Assembly (NCBI GenBank): GCA_950059165.1
Contig: CATLUC010000001.1
Location: forward strand, 10,488-53,707
Source of the DNA: an uncultured Clostridium sp.
GTDB lineage: Bacteria > Bacillota > Clostridia > TANB77 > CAG-508
DNA: 43,220 nt
Reading direction: 5' to 3'
The notes under the pieces are model-generated. The model was given only the letters and a program-made list of their open reading frames with translations, was not told the origin of the DNA and did no database searches. A program made the translations under genes and the position numbers. Every line of letters starts with the position of its first letter. Position 1 is the first letter of the stretch. Shown in pieces: positions 17,828 to 27,091 of this stretch.

Positions 17828-18301
17828 AAATATTTTTAAAATTGCTTTATTTTTAATTAAAACAATAGTATCCATCCATGTTCTGTTCTTAGCATTGTAT
17901 ATTCTATCTATTTGTAACAATGCTTGCTCTATTTTCATTTCACTTTTACTAATATCAAAAACAAAATTATTTGATTGCTTTTTCTTTTTGTTTATGGCTG
18001 TATCTAATGTATTTTTTCCATTTCCTACTATTTGTTTTAAATCAAATTTCTTGTTATTTATTATATAATCTGATGTTTGTATTCCTTTAGGTTGTAGCAC
18101 AACTGGAACTAGCTTAACCTTACCACCAAATGCTTGACCTAATATTTCTGCCATTTCTATTTCATCTTTAGTGGTTTTCAACAATACATGTTTACCATCT
18201 ACATTATATTTAGTTCCATCATCACTAATAAAGTACTTCTGTTTTTTTATTTGATAATTCTTTTTAGTAGTATATTGATTTGTTATATCTTTATATTTCA
18301 A
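17816..18301 (-). CDS. hypothetical protein; resembles stand-alone C-terminal nuclease/toxin-type domains found on phage head-morphogenesis and polymorphic-toxin proteins
   Basis: The start is probably TTG 18301, 6 nt after AAGGAG. The pattern DG.KYNVDGKHV...E...A..L....GG.V.L.P...P.G..T.D....K.FDLK is recalled from such domains. No homology search was possible. Confidence 0.3.
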   Translation of the reverse strand: MKYKDITNQYTTKKNYQIKKQKYFISDDGTKYNVDGKHVLLKTTKDEIEMAEILGQAFGGKVKLVPVVLQPKGIQTSDYIINNKKFDLKQIVGNGKNTLDTAINKKKKQSNNFVFDISKSEMKIEQALLQIDRIYNAKNRTWMDTIVLIKNKAILKIFKRK

Positions 18302-18367
18302 TTTATCTCCTTTATTATTTTTTTCGTTTTTTGTGGGGCACAAAAGCATTGGTATTTCTACGTTTTC

Positions 18368-20401
18368 TTAAACTTCCATGATTATTGGGATAATCATCGG
18401 ATTTCTTTTTGTTTTCATAAAGATATAATCTCTTAAATTCTCTCTTGTTGCAGATTTTATAGTTGCCCAATCTGTTATTCCTCTTTCCTCACATTTTTTA
18501 ATTTCATGCCTTACAACAGATTTTACATCATCCATTAAATTTTCTGATTCCCTTACATAAACAAATCCTCTAGATATAACATCAGGTCCTGCTACAACTT
18601 CACCTGTTGAAGCATCCATTGTTAATACAATAACAATTAAACCATCTTGTGATAAGTGCTGTCTGTCTCGTAAAACGACACTTCCAACATCTCCAACACC
18701 TAAACCATCTACTAATACTCTTCCACTTGGGACAGAACCTGTAAGTTCTGCTCCATTTTCATTTATTTCTAATACTCTTCCATTTGACATCATAATTATA
18801 TTGTCTTTGTCAATTCCCATACTTTGTGCTGTTTCGCTATGTGCAATTAGTTGCCTGTACTCTCCATGAACTGGTATGAAATATTTAGGTTTTGCTAGGG
18901 CTAGAATTAGTTTTTGTTCTTCTTGACAAGCATGACCTGATACGTGTATTGTTTCCAAAGAACTATATACTACTTCTGCTCCAATTTGCATTAAGTCATC
19001 TATTACTTTTGACACAAATTTTTCATTTCCTGGAATTGGTGTTGCAGAGATTATAACTAAGTCATTTTGTGTTATTTTTACTTTTCTGTGGTCTCCTGCT
19101 GCCATTCTTGTTAAGGCTGACATTGGCTCTCCTTGACTTCCTGTTGTGATTATTACTAATTGTTCGTCTGTGTAATTGTTTATCATGTCAATATCAATAA
19201 ATATGTTTTCTGGACATTCAATGTATCCTAGTTCTCTTGATGTTTCTATCATATTTACCATACTTCTACCACATACTGCGATTTTCCTATTGTATTTTAC
19301 TGCTGAATTGACAATTTGTTGCACTCTGTGTACATTAGATGCAAATGTTGCTACTACAATCCTTTTTGTACAGTTTAAAAATAGCTTGTCAAACACTTCC
19401 CCTATTGAACTCTCGGACATTGTAAAGCCTTTTCTTTCGCTGTTTGTACTATCTGACATTAATGCTAAAATTCCTTGATTTCCAATTTCAGCTATTCTTC
19501 CTAAATCCATCAATTTTCCATCAATTGGTGTATAGTCTACTTTGAAGTCACCTGTGTGCAAAATTGTTCCTGCTGGTGTATTTATTGATAACATTACAGA
19601 ATCTGGGATACTGTGTGAACTTCTGATAAATTCGACTTTGAAGTTTTTTCCTAATGTTATTGTTTGACCTTGCATAACTTCTGTTAATTTTGTACTTCTT
19701 AATAATTTGTGTTCTTCTAGCTTGTTTCTAATTAGTCCTGCTGCTAGCCTTGTTGCATAAATTGGAATGTTGATTTTCTTTAGTAAGTATGGAACACTTC
19801 CTATATGGTCTTCGTGTCCATGTGTGATTATTAGTCCTTTTATTTTGTCTACGTTTCTTTCTAAATATGTGATGTCTGGAATTACTAAGTCTATTCCTAA
19901 CATATCATCTTCTGGGAAACATAGACCACAATCTACTACTATTATTTCGTTTTCGTATTCAAATACTGTGATGTTTTTTCCTACTTCGTGTAGTCCACCT
20001 AATGGTATTATTTTTAACTTGTTTGCTTTGAAAATATTACTGTTTCTAGTTGTTTTTCTTTCTCTTGTGGTGTTTCTTGTTCTTCTTTCTGAATTTAGAT
20101 TTGCTTTTGATGTTTCCACATTTTCTACATTTTTTGTGGAATTGTTGCTTCTTCTTTGATATGGTCTTGTTGTTGTTCTTCTTTCTCTAGTCTCTGTTGC
20201 TCTAGGTGTTGTTGCTCTTGTTGTTTTTTGTGTTGTTCTTGATATTGCTGTTCTTGTTGTTTCCCTTGATGTTGTTCTTGGTGTTCTGCTTGTTTTTGTT
20301 TCTTGTTTGTTTGTTCTAGAAGTTTGGTATCCTCCTCTTGTTGTTTTTTCTTTTTTTTCAAAGTTCCCTTTTGTTTTGTCATTTAAGTTTTCTTCTGCCA
20401 T
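18368..20401 (-). CDS. rnj: ribonuclease J with a roughly 125-aa Arg/Thr-rich N-terminal extension
   Basis: The product has a beta-lactamase/beta-CASP core (ITHGHEDHIG, MSDSTN, HVSGHA). The N-terminus is low-complexity (TSRTPRTTSRETTRTAISRTTQKTTRATTPRATETRERRTTTRP). A GAGGAGAG RBS is present. Confidence 0.9.
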   Translation of the reverse strand: MAEENLNDKTKGNFEKKEKTTRGGYQTSRTNKQETKTSRTPRTTSRETTRTAISRTTQKTTRATTPRATETRERRTTTRPYQRRSNNSTKNVENVETSKANLNSERRTRNTTRERKTTRNSNIFKANKLKIIPLGGLHEVGKNITVFEYENEIIVVDCGLCFPEDDMLGIDLVIPDITYLERNVDKIKGLIITHGHEDHIGSVPYLLKKINIPIYATRLAAGLIRNKLEEHKLLRSTKLTEVMQGQTITLGKNFKVEFIRSSHSIPDSVMLSINTPAGTILHTGDFKVDYTPIDGKLMDLGRIAEIGNQGILALMSDSTNSERKGFTMSESSIGEVFDKLFLNCTKRIVVATFASNVHRVQQIVNSAVKYNRKIAVCGRSMVNMIETSRELGYIECPENIFIDIDMINNYTDEQLVIITTGSQGEPMSALTRMAAGDHRKVKITQNDLVIISATPIPGNEKFVSKVIDDLMQIGAEVVYSSLETIHVSGHACQEEQKLILALAKPKYFIPVHGEYRQLIAHSETAQSMGIDKDNIIMMSNGRVLEINENGAELTGSVPSGRVLVDGLGVGDVGSVVLRDRQHLSQDGLIVIVLTMDASTGEVVAGPDVISRGFVYVRESENLMDDVKSVVRHEIKKCEERGITDWATIKSATRENLRDYIFMKTKRNPMIIPIIMEV

Positions 20402-20719
20402 AATCTCTCCTCTTTCTTTTATTTTTTATTACAGTTTAATTTTCTTTCTAAACTGTGCTTTTTTCTTTGGATTTTATTATTTATACGCTTACACAACAAA
20501 AGTAGCTTACGTTACTATGAATTGTAGGCAAAACAAAAACAGCTTTATTATGCCTGTTTCTTCGTACGTAAAAATTCTTATAAATTACTATGCCTTTTTT
20601 CTCTTTCTCTCTTCTTTGCATAGTTTAATTATTTACAATATTTTCTCTCTTAATACAAAAATTTTTTATAATAATAAAATCTCATTTTCTAGCAATTTTA
20701 TTGCTAACACTTAGGTAGT

Positions 20720-20748
20720 ATTATACTATATTTTTCAAGGAAAGTCAA
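20720..20748 (-). promoter_or_regulatory. sigma-A promoter upstream of rnj (would give a roughly 310-nt leader)
   Basis: On the minus strand: TTGACT (20748..20743), a 17-nt spacer, then TATAAT (20725..20720). Confidence 0.5.
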
Positions 20749-20928
20749 ATTAGGAAAATTAGACAAAAATGAATAAAAATGTTAGAATTAGAGTACAGTT
20801 AATCTTTTAATTATTCAATAACGAAGAACAAATCGGAAAGCCTTAATATTAGTATCATTTTAACTTTAATCTAAAAAGCCAACTTATTTATCTCTTAAAC
20901 AAATTGGCTCTTGTATCTTATTTCATTT

Positions 20929-20960
20929 ATGTCGCAAAGGAAACGTCCCCAATACGACAT
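20929..20960 (-). repeat. conserved-loop hairpin module, copy D (ATGTCG-loop-CGACAT, loop contains TTGGGGACGTTTCC)
   Basis: It lies immediately 3' of the stop at 20962. The loop matches copies A, B, C and E. Confidence 0.7.
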
Positions 20961-20961
20961 T

Positions 20962-21837
20962 TTATTGATTTGTTTCTCCTCTACCTTCTGGTAATGCATC
21001 TGAATAGTCAAATACTATTCTAATTCTTGTTATTGCTCTGATTGCTCTTACAAATTTACTTTGTTTTATTCTTTCCCATAAGCTTGGTTTTGCTTCAAAT
21101 GTTGTTTCTTGTGCATATTGTTGTTCTTCTTGGGCAATAGTATTAGTTGTAGTTGTTGTTTCTTGTTGTTGCTCAGGTGCTTGTTCTGTTATTGTGTTTA
21201 CTTCAGGTTCTTCGATTGGTGTTGGTATTGATTTTAATGCATCTGCTATTTCTATTCCTATATAACTTAATGCTTTTGACCTGTCTTCTATTCTTTCCAT
21301 ATCTATTTCTATATGTAGGTTTGTTTCTAGATTGTTTATTCTAGCATTTAGAAGTTTTACTGCATCTTGGTAATCTTCTGTTGTGTCATCTTTTGCTTTT
21401 CCAACAATGTTTAATGTGTCTATGATGTCTTCTGAAAATGAATCTTCTGCTTTTTTTACTTTGTCTTTCCATTCACTATCTTTGTTTTCTGCTAGTTCTA
21501 ACAAATCTTTTAGTTGTGCAGCTAATGCTATGTTTTGTTCTCTTTGTCTTATTAGTTCTTCTATTCTTTTTGTGTTTTCTTCAAATTGATTTGTTGCAAA
21601 TTCTACTAACCCATAAGCAGCTTTATATACGCTTGCTGGGAAGTTCTTCTTTTTTGGATATTCTATTAAATATGTTTTGATAGATTCAATTAAATCTTTA
21701 AAGTAAGAGTCATCTTCTAGTTGTACTATTTGTTTCTTACTTTTTGGATTTATTAGTTTTTGAATTTTATCTATGTTTGATAATATTTTTTCCTCTGTGA
21801 TAACCATTCTCACATTTACTATGCCTGATTTTGACAT
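20962..21837 (-). CDS. hypothetical coiled-coil protein
   Basis: The 291-aa product has an AAAGGAGG RBS. It is charged and helical, with a Q/T/E-rich linker. No family was recognised. Confidence 0.5.
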   Translation of the reverse strand: MSKSGIVNVRMVITEEKILSNIDKIQKLINPKSKKQIVQLEDDSYFKDLIESIKTYLIEYPKKKNFPASVYKAAYGLVEFATNQFEENTKRIEELIRQREQNIALAAQLKDLLELAENKDSEWKDKVKKAEDSFSEDIIDTLNIVGKAKDDTTEDYQDAVKLLNARINNLETNLHIEIDMERIEDRSKALSYIGIEIADALKSIPTPIEEPEVNTITEQAPEQQQETTTTTNTIAQEEQQYAQETTFEAKPSLWERIKQSKFVRAIRAITRIRIVFDYSDALPEGRGETNQ

Positions 21838-22029
21838 TGCAAAAGTACCTCCTTTATCTTACGCATACTTGTTTTTTTCCTGTTCATTTTTTATTATACA
21901 TTAATCAACAAAAAACTACAAGGGATTTTATCCAATTTTATTTTAATTTTTTGTTACGGAAATGTTACAGAAATATTACAAGCCTCATTTTAGCTTCCGT
22001 AGTAAGTTTAAGCTCCAACATCATAAATT

Positions 22030-23745
22030 TTAAAGTACTGTTTTTATTTCTTCAAATCTCTTTATTTTTTGTGTTGTTGTTTTTATTAAATCATCTTCTG
22101 TTACAGTAATTTCTCTAATATACTTATATGCTGGCATTGTTTTATTTACTTTTTTTACTTCTTGCCATATAGCTTCCTTTATTTTTTCTTTTTCAGATAC
22201 ACTATAGATTTCTTCTACTATTTCTTTGTCATAGACAATTTTACCACATATTTTGTAATCCCCATCATCTTCTGGTTTTCCATATATAAAACTTTCTTTT
22301 ACGCCCTCTATTTTATTTACTAAAGATTCTAATTCTTCTGGATATATATTTTTCCCATTTTTTAGAACTACTACAAATTTCTTTCTTCCAGAAATGAAAA
22401 TGTAGCCATCTTTATCAATTTTTGCCAAGTCTCCTGTATGTAAGTATCCATCTTCGTCAATTGTTTCTCTTGTTGCTTCTTCATTGTTATAATAACCAAG
22501 CATTATTGATGGTCCTTTTGCAACTAATTCCCCTATTCCTTCTTCATTTGGGTCTACTATTTTTACATCTAAACTTGGGAACGCTTTTCCTATTGAGCCT
22601 AATCTTCTATATTTGTCATCTTCTGCTGCAATTACTGGTGAGCTTTCTGTTAACCCATATCCTTGGTACATTTTAAATCCTAATTCGTTAAATCCCTTTT
22701 CTGCTTCTGGGTCTAAAGCTGCTCCCCCTGCGACTAACAGCCTTAATTTACCACCTAAATTTTCGTGTACTTCTTTAAATAGTTTTCTTCTAATGTCAAT
22801 TCCAAATTTTAATAAAAATTGACTTATTTTTATACCTTTTTTTACTGTTTCTAATTTTCCTTTTTTTTCAATTCCTTTTATTAGTTTTTTATACATTCCT
22901 TCAAAAAGAATTGGAACAGATACCATTACAGTTATTTCGTATTCTTTCATGTTTTCTGCAATATGCCTAATTCCATTACAAAATGCTATACTTGAACCTG
23001 TTGATATTGGGTATAAAAATCCTGTTGTACATTCAAATGTGTGATGTAATGGCAAAAATGATAAAAATGTGTCATTTTCATCTACTTTGATTGTAGATGC
23101 AATATCAAATATGTTACTACATATATTTTTATGTGATAGTGCTACTGCTTTTGACATTGCTGTTGTTCCTGATGTAAATAGCATTATTCCCATTTCTTCA
23201 TTATTTATTTTTGCATCTAAAAATTCTCTATTCCCTTGTTCTATTAATTCTTTGCCTTTTTTTGTTAATTCTTCTTGTGAATAAATTTCACCTTCTTGCT
23301 TTTTTAGGTCCATAGATATAAAATATTTGACTTTTGTGTTATTTTTGCTAGCTATTTTTTTCATACATTCATCATATTTGTTAGAATAAAATATTGCTTC
23401 TACTTCTGAACGAATTATTAAATTTTCTATTTCATTGTCTGGTAATGCTTTATCTAGTGGAACTATAATTCCTGTTCCTGTTGCAACTGCTAAATAAGCC
23501 ATTCCCCATTCATAACGGTTTTCTGAAATAACTGCAATTCTTTTGTTTTTTAATCCCATATCTACTAGGGCTGTCCCTAAATTGTTAATGTCTTCTCTAA
23601 ATTCTTTATGTGTGATTTTTTTAAATTTTCTAGGTTCTTCTGTTCTAAAAATATATGCTGGTCTATTACCAAACATCTTCCCTGATTTTTCAAGCATTTC
23701 TTTTAAGTTTTCATATTTTGGCACTTTATGTACTGGCTCTCTCAT
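22030..23745 (-). CDS. long-chain-fatty-acid--CoA ligase (AMP-binding family)
   Basis: The AMP-binding motifs are present (LFTSGTTAMSKAV, YGLTE, TGDL, GRKK). Confidence 0.85.
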   Translation of the reverse strand: MREPVHKVPKYENLKEMLEKSGKMFGNRPAYIFRTEEPRKFKKITHKEFREDINNLGTALVDMGLKNKRIAVISENRYEWGMAYLAVATGTGIIVPLDKALPDNEIENLIIRSEVEAIFYSNKYDECMKKIASKNNTKVKYFISMDLKKQEGEIYSQEELTKKGKELIEQGNREFLDAKINNEEMGIMLFTSGTTAMSKAVALSHKNICSNIFDIASTIKVDENDTFLSFLPLHHTFECTTGFLYPISTGSSIAFCNGIRHIAENMKEYEITVMVSVPILFEGMYKKLIKGIEKKGKLETVKKGIKISQFLLKFGIDIRRKLFKEVHENLGGKLRLLVAGGAALDPEAEKGFNELGFKMYQGYGLTESSPVIAAEDDKYRRLGSIGKAFPSLDVKIVDPNEEGIGELVAKGPSIMLGYYNNEEATRETIDEDGYLHTGDLAKIDKDGYIFISGRKKFVVVLKNGKNIYPEELESLVNKIEGVKESFIYGKPEDDGDYKICGKIVYDKEIVEEIYSVSEKEKIKEAIWQEVKKVNKTMPAYKYIREITVTEDDLIKTTTQKIKRFEEIKTVL

Positions 23746-24323
23746 TTTACCCTCAACCCTTCTATTACTGTATTTTCAAATTCTTTGTATAATTTCATGA
23801 TGTCCATTTCTTCCTCATTGTTTCTTGTTTTATATACTAGGCTTGAACAAATTAAACCATAAATTTCAGATGCAATTGCTTTCGCATCTCCTTTTTTTAT
23901 CTGTCCTTGCTCCATCCCTTGTATTACTATATTTTCGATTTGGTTTATATATTCTAAAATGTGTTTTCTACATTTTTGATGTCTTTGCTCATGTCCCCAA
24001 AATTGGCTTAGTAATATTGTTATTAGGTCTTCGTATTTTTCAACAATTTTAATTTGAATTAATACTATTGACTTGATTTTGTCAATATAGTTTGAAAATT
24101 TTGCTGTTTTAATGTCTACACTGTTTTGTAATAGTTTTATTCCCTCTTCTACTAGGAAATTGAAAATTTCTTCTTTGCTTGAAAAATGATAATATAGTGT
24201 TCCTTTCGCAACTCCTACGGTTGCCGTTATTTCCTCAATACTTGTTGCATCATATCCTTTTTCTGCAAATAGTTTCATTGATGTTTCAAATATTTTTCTT
24301 TTGGTTTTGTTCAATATAATCAC
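23742..24323 (-). CDS. TetR/AcrR-family transcriptional regulator
   Basis: The N-terminal HTH reads FAEKGYDATSIEEITATVGVAKGTLYYHF. The stop overlaps the acyl-CoA ligase start. Confidence 0.9.
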   Translation of the reverse strand: MIILNKTKRKIFETSMKLFAEKGYDATSIEEITATVGVAKGTLYYHFSSKEEIFNFLVEEGIKLLQNSVDIKTAKFSNYIDKIKSIVLIQIKIVEKYEDLITILLSQFWGHEQRHQKCRKHILEYINQIENIVIQGMEQGQIKKGDAKAIASEIYGLICSSLVYKTRNNEEEMDIMKLYKEFENTVIEGLRVK

Positions 24324-24333
24324 ATTCCTTACT

Positions 24334-24401
24334 TAGAAAGCACATCTTTCTATTATAATAACAATTGTCTTTATTATATATTTTATTACCATTTTTTGCA
24401 A
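24334..24401 (-). promoter_or_regulatory. tetR promoter plus candidate operator palindrome
   Basis: On the minus strand: TTGCAA (24401..24396), a 17-nt spacer, then TATAAT (24378..24373). The palindrome TAGAAAG-cacat-CTTTCTA lies at 24334..24352 in the leader. Confidence 0.45.
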
Positions 24402-24442
24402 TAGTTTTTTTAATTTTGGACTGCTTATTCGGTTTTGTCACG

Positions 24443-24499
24443 ATGTGACGTTGGGGACGTTTCTTTTTTCACATTTTTGTGAAATTCGGGACACATCTT
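24443..24499 (+). repeat. roughly 57-nt repeat, copy A (inverted relative to copies B and C)
   Basis: ATGTGACGTTGGGGACGTTTCTTTTTTCACATTTTTGTGAAATTCGGGACACATCTT is the reverse complement of copy B, with a few substitutions. Confidence 0.85.
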
Positions 24500-24513
24500 T
24501 TGGGACATTTATT

Positions 24514-24947
24514 GTTACAGTTCAGTGAAACATTAAATTTATCTAAATGGTTGATATATAAATATTTATGAAAATTCAAATGTAACTGAAAAACATTTAG
24601 AAATTCTTATTTAATAAAATGAGGGATGTTCAAGGCAAAATTACTTATTTGTCTATTTTGTCAAATTTTGCTCGGCTTCCGACATAATTCAAGAACTTCT
24701 AAAATAATTTTATGGGTCCTTTCCAAGACAAGCTTGAACTCTTACCATAAAATTATTTAAGAAGTTCTAATCTTATTCTAGTCGCATTCGCAAATTTTTT
24801 AGAATAGACAAATAATAATTTTGAACGTGAAAGAGGCTCATTTTATCGAATTAAAATTTTTTAATGTTTGTAAGGCAACCGAGAATTTGAGTAAATATTT
24901 ATATATCAACCATTTAAACAACCATTATGTTTTCACTGAACTGTAAC
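24514..24947. mobile_element. 434-bp palindromic MITE-like element P2 with 8-bp target-site duplication
   Basis: The termini are GTTACAGTTCAGTGAAACAT and ATGTTTTCACTGAACTGTAAC. The element is an imperfect palindrome throughout, with its symmetry centre at 24730/24731. The exact direct repeat CATTTATT occurs at 24506..24513 and 24948..24955. There is no ORF. Confidence 0.75.
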
Positions 24948-25037
24948 CATTTATTATTAATTTTAGCCTATAAATATTGACTTTGTGCTATTTTAATGGT
25001 TTAATGAAACAAGTAAGTTGTAGTGGGAGAATGTAAA

Positions 25038-25301
25038 ATGATGAAAGAACGATTAGTTGACTTAAACAAAGCCTTTTTTCATGGATTATCTGGACTTGAA
25101 GTAAATTTTGTTATGTATCCTAAAGATGCTCTATATCTTAGTATGGTAAATCTAAATAGTATATTACAGCATAAAGGAATTTATTCAAGAGAAAAAATAT
25201 CTGAATTATTAAAAAGATACAAATGCGAACAATTACCTATTACAGACATAAATGGTAATCAACTTGTAGCTCCATTCCAGGAAATAGAGGAAGAAAGATA
25301 A
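25038..25301 (+). CDS. hypothetical small protein
   Basis: ATG 25038 lies 8 nt after GGGAG. The product is 87 aa and no family was recognised. Confidence 0.4.
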   Translation: MMKERLVDLNKAFFHGLSGLEVNFVMYPKDALYLSMVNLNSILQHKGIYSREKISELLKRYKCEQLPITDINGNQLVAPFQEIEEER

Positions 25302-25419
25302 TATGACACAATATAAACTTATAGAAAAGATGTCATAAGTAAAACGTATTAAATAGCGACATTCACAAAAAGGAGCAAAAAGAATCGTACCCAATTTTCC
25401 AATTTTTAAGAGGTGTAAA

Positions 25420-26307
25420 ATGGAATTTATAAGCGCAAAAACTATACTTACAAAAGTAAAATATGGCAATGAGTGGTATGGCATTGATTACAATATGAAT
25501 TTATATAGAGGTTGCTCTCATGGTTGTATCTATTGTGATAGCAGAAGTAATTGTTATCATATTGATAATTTTGATATTGTTAAAGGAAAAGAAAATGCCT
25601 TAGCTATTTTAGAACAAGAACTTTATAAAAAGCGAAAAAAAGGTGTTGTTGGAATTGGCTCTATGTCAGATACTTATAATCATTTTGAAAAAGAGTATGC
25701 GATTACTAGGGGTGCATTAAAACTTATATCAAAATACGATTTTGGCGTTTCTATTGATACTAAAAGTGATTTAATTTTAAGAGATATAGATTTACTAACA
25801 GAAATAAATTCAAAAAATAATGTCATTGTTAAATTTACTATTACAACTCCAAATGATAAATTATCAAAAATAATAGAACCAAATGTATGTGTATCTTCTA
25901 AGAGGTTTCAAGCAATTAAATTATTAAGTGATAATGGTATATTTGTAGGTATTATGCTAAATCCTGTTTTGCCCTTTATAACAGACAAAGAAAAAGATAT
26001 AAAAGAGTTGGTTAAACTTGCATATGAAAATGGAGCTAAATTTATTCATACTTATATGGGAATGACTTTAAGGGAAAATCAAAGAGATTATTATTTTGAT
26101 AAATTAGATAAGTTTTTTTTCGGACTTAAAGAGAAATATATCAAATATTATGGTGATAGATATAATTGTATTGTTTTAAATGCTAAAAAACTATATGAAG
26201 TTTTTACTGATGAATGCAATAAATTTGGAATTTTATATAATATGGATGATATAATTAAGGCATATAAAAAAGAAATTAAAGGCGATGAACAGCTAAAGTT
26301 GTTTTAG
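25420..26307 (+). CDS. radical SAM protein, SplB/COG1533-like (DNA photolyase-like family)
   Basis: A CxxxCxxC cluster sits in NLYRGCSHGCIYCDS, and the 295-aa length fits. An AGAGGTG RBS is present. Confidence 0.65.
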   Translation: MEFISAKTILTKVKYGNEWYGIDYNMNLYRGCSHGCIYCDSRSNCYHIDNFDIVKGKENALAILEQELYKKRKKGVVGIGSMSDTYNHFEKEYAITRGALKLISKYDFGVSIDTKSDLILRDIDLLTEINSKNNVIVKFTITTPNDKLSKIIEPNVCVSSKRFQAIKLLSDNGIFVGIMLNPVLPFITDKEKDIKELVKLAYENGAKFIHTYMGMTLRENQRDYYFDKLDKFFFGLKEKYIKYYGDRYNCIVLNAKKLYEVFTDECNKFGILYNMDDIIKAYKKEIKGDEQLKLF

Positions 26308-26325
26308 AAATAGGAGTGTTGTTAT

Positions 26326-27042
26326 ATGGCAATGTGGAATCCTTGGAGAGGTTGTAAAAAGTGTAGTGATGGTTGCTTACATTGCTATATTCATAAAGGC
26401 GATTTAAAAAGAAGTATAAATACTAATGAAATTGTAAAGACAAAAGATTTTAAAAAGCCGATAGAGAAATTAAAAAATGGCAATTATAAAATGAAATCTA
26501 GAATTGTTTATTTATGCTTTTCTACAGATTTTCTTATTGAAGAAGCAGACGAGTGGAGAAATGAATGTTGGGAAATGATTAAACAAAGGCAAGACTGTAC
26601 TTTTCTGTTTCTAACTAAAAGAATTGATAGGTTTATGAAATGTATTCCAAATGACTGGAATGATGGATATGATAATGTTGTTGTATGTTGTACTATTGAA
26701 AATCAAAAAAATGCTGATTATAAATTAGGGATTTTTAAAAGTTTACCAATAAAACATAAATGTATAACAGCACAGCCCTTATTAGAAAAAATAGATATTG
26801 AAAAATATCTTGATAATATTGAATTGGTTGTTGTTGGTGGAGAATCTGATATAAATGCTAGAATTTTTAATTATGACTGGGCACTAGATATTAGAGAACA
26901 ATGTATAAGAAAGAATGTTAGTTTTGAGTTTAGACAATGTGGCACTTATACAATAAAAGATGGAAAACAATATAAAATACAGACAAAAGATTTGTGCAAA
27001 CAAGCAAGATTAGCAAATATTGATTATAAAAGTAATCGCTAA
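26326..27042 (+). CDS. DUF5131 / phage Gp37-Gp68 family protein
   Basis: The N-terminal signature WNPWRGCKKCSDGCLHCY is present, with VVGGESD later in the sequence. Confidence 0.6.
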   Translation: MAMWNPWRGCKKCSDGCLHCYIHKGDLKRSINTNEIVKTKDFKKPIEKLKNGNYKMKSRIVYLCFSTDFLIEEADEWRNECWEMIKQRQDCTFLFLTKRIDRFMKCIPNDWNDGYDNVVVCCTIENQKNADYKLGIFKSLPIKHKCITAQPLLEKIDIEKYLDNIELVVVGGESDINARIFNYDWALDIREQCIRKNVSFEFRQCGTYTIKDGKQYKIQTKDLCKQARLANIDYKSNR

Positions 27043-27091
27043 ATTCTTGCATTTATATTTCTCCCTTTACTAGTTTATAACTTTGTATACA

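Noticed and set aside
20125-20382. The Q/E-rich 85-aa ORF on the same strand as rnj, in another frame of its N-terminal extension.
   Set aside because: It is an alternative frame of a low-complexity repeat region and has no independent RBS. The rnj frame is continuous with the catalytic domain.
20834-20849. The 16-nt exact match CGGAAAGCCTTAATAT shared with 42267..42282 (the gerAA tail containing the seventh CGG).
   Set aside because: A single 16-mer coincidence is within chance expectation for a 43-kb AT-rich window searched on both strands. The flanks do not extend the match.
25420-27042. A prophage, suggested by the Gp37/Gp68-family (DUF5131) gene.
   Set aside because: No capsid, tail, terminase, integrase or lysis genes lie nearby, and the cassette is only about 2.7 kb. 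It is treated as a small accessory cassette instead.
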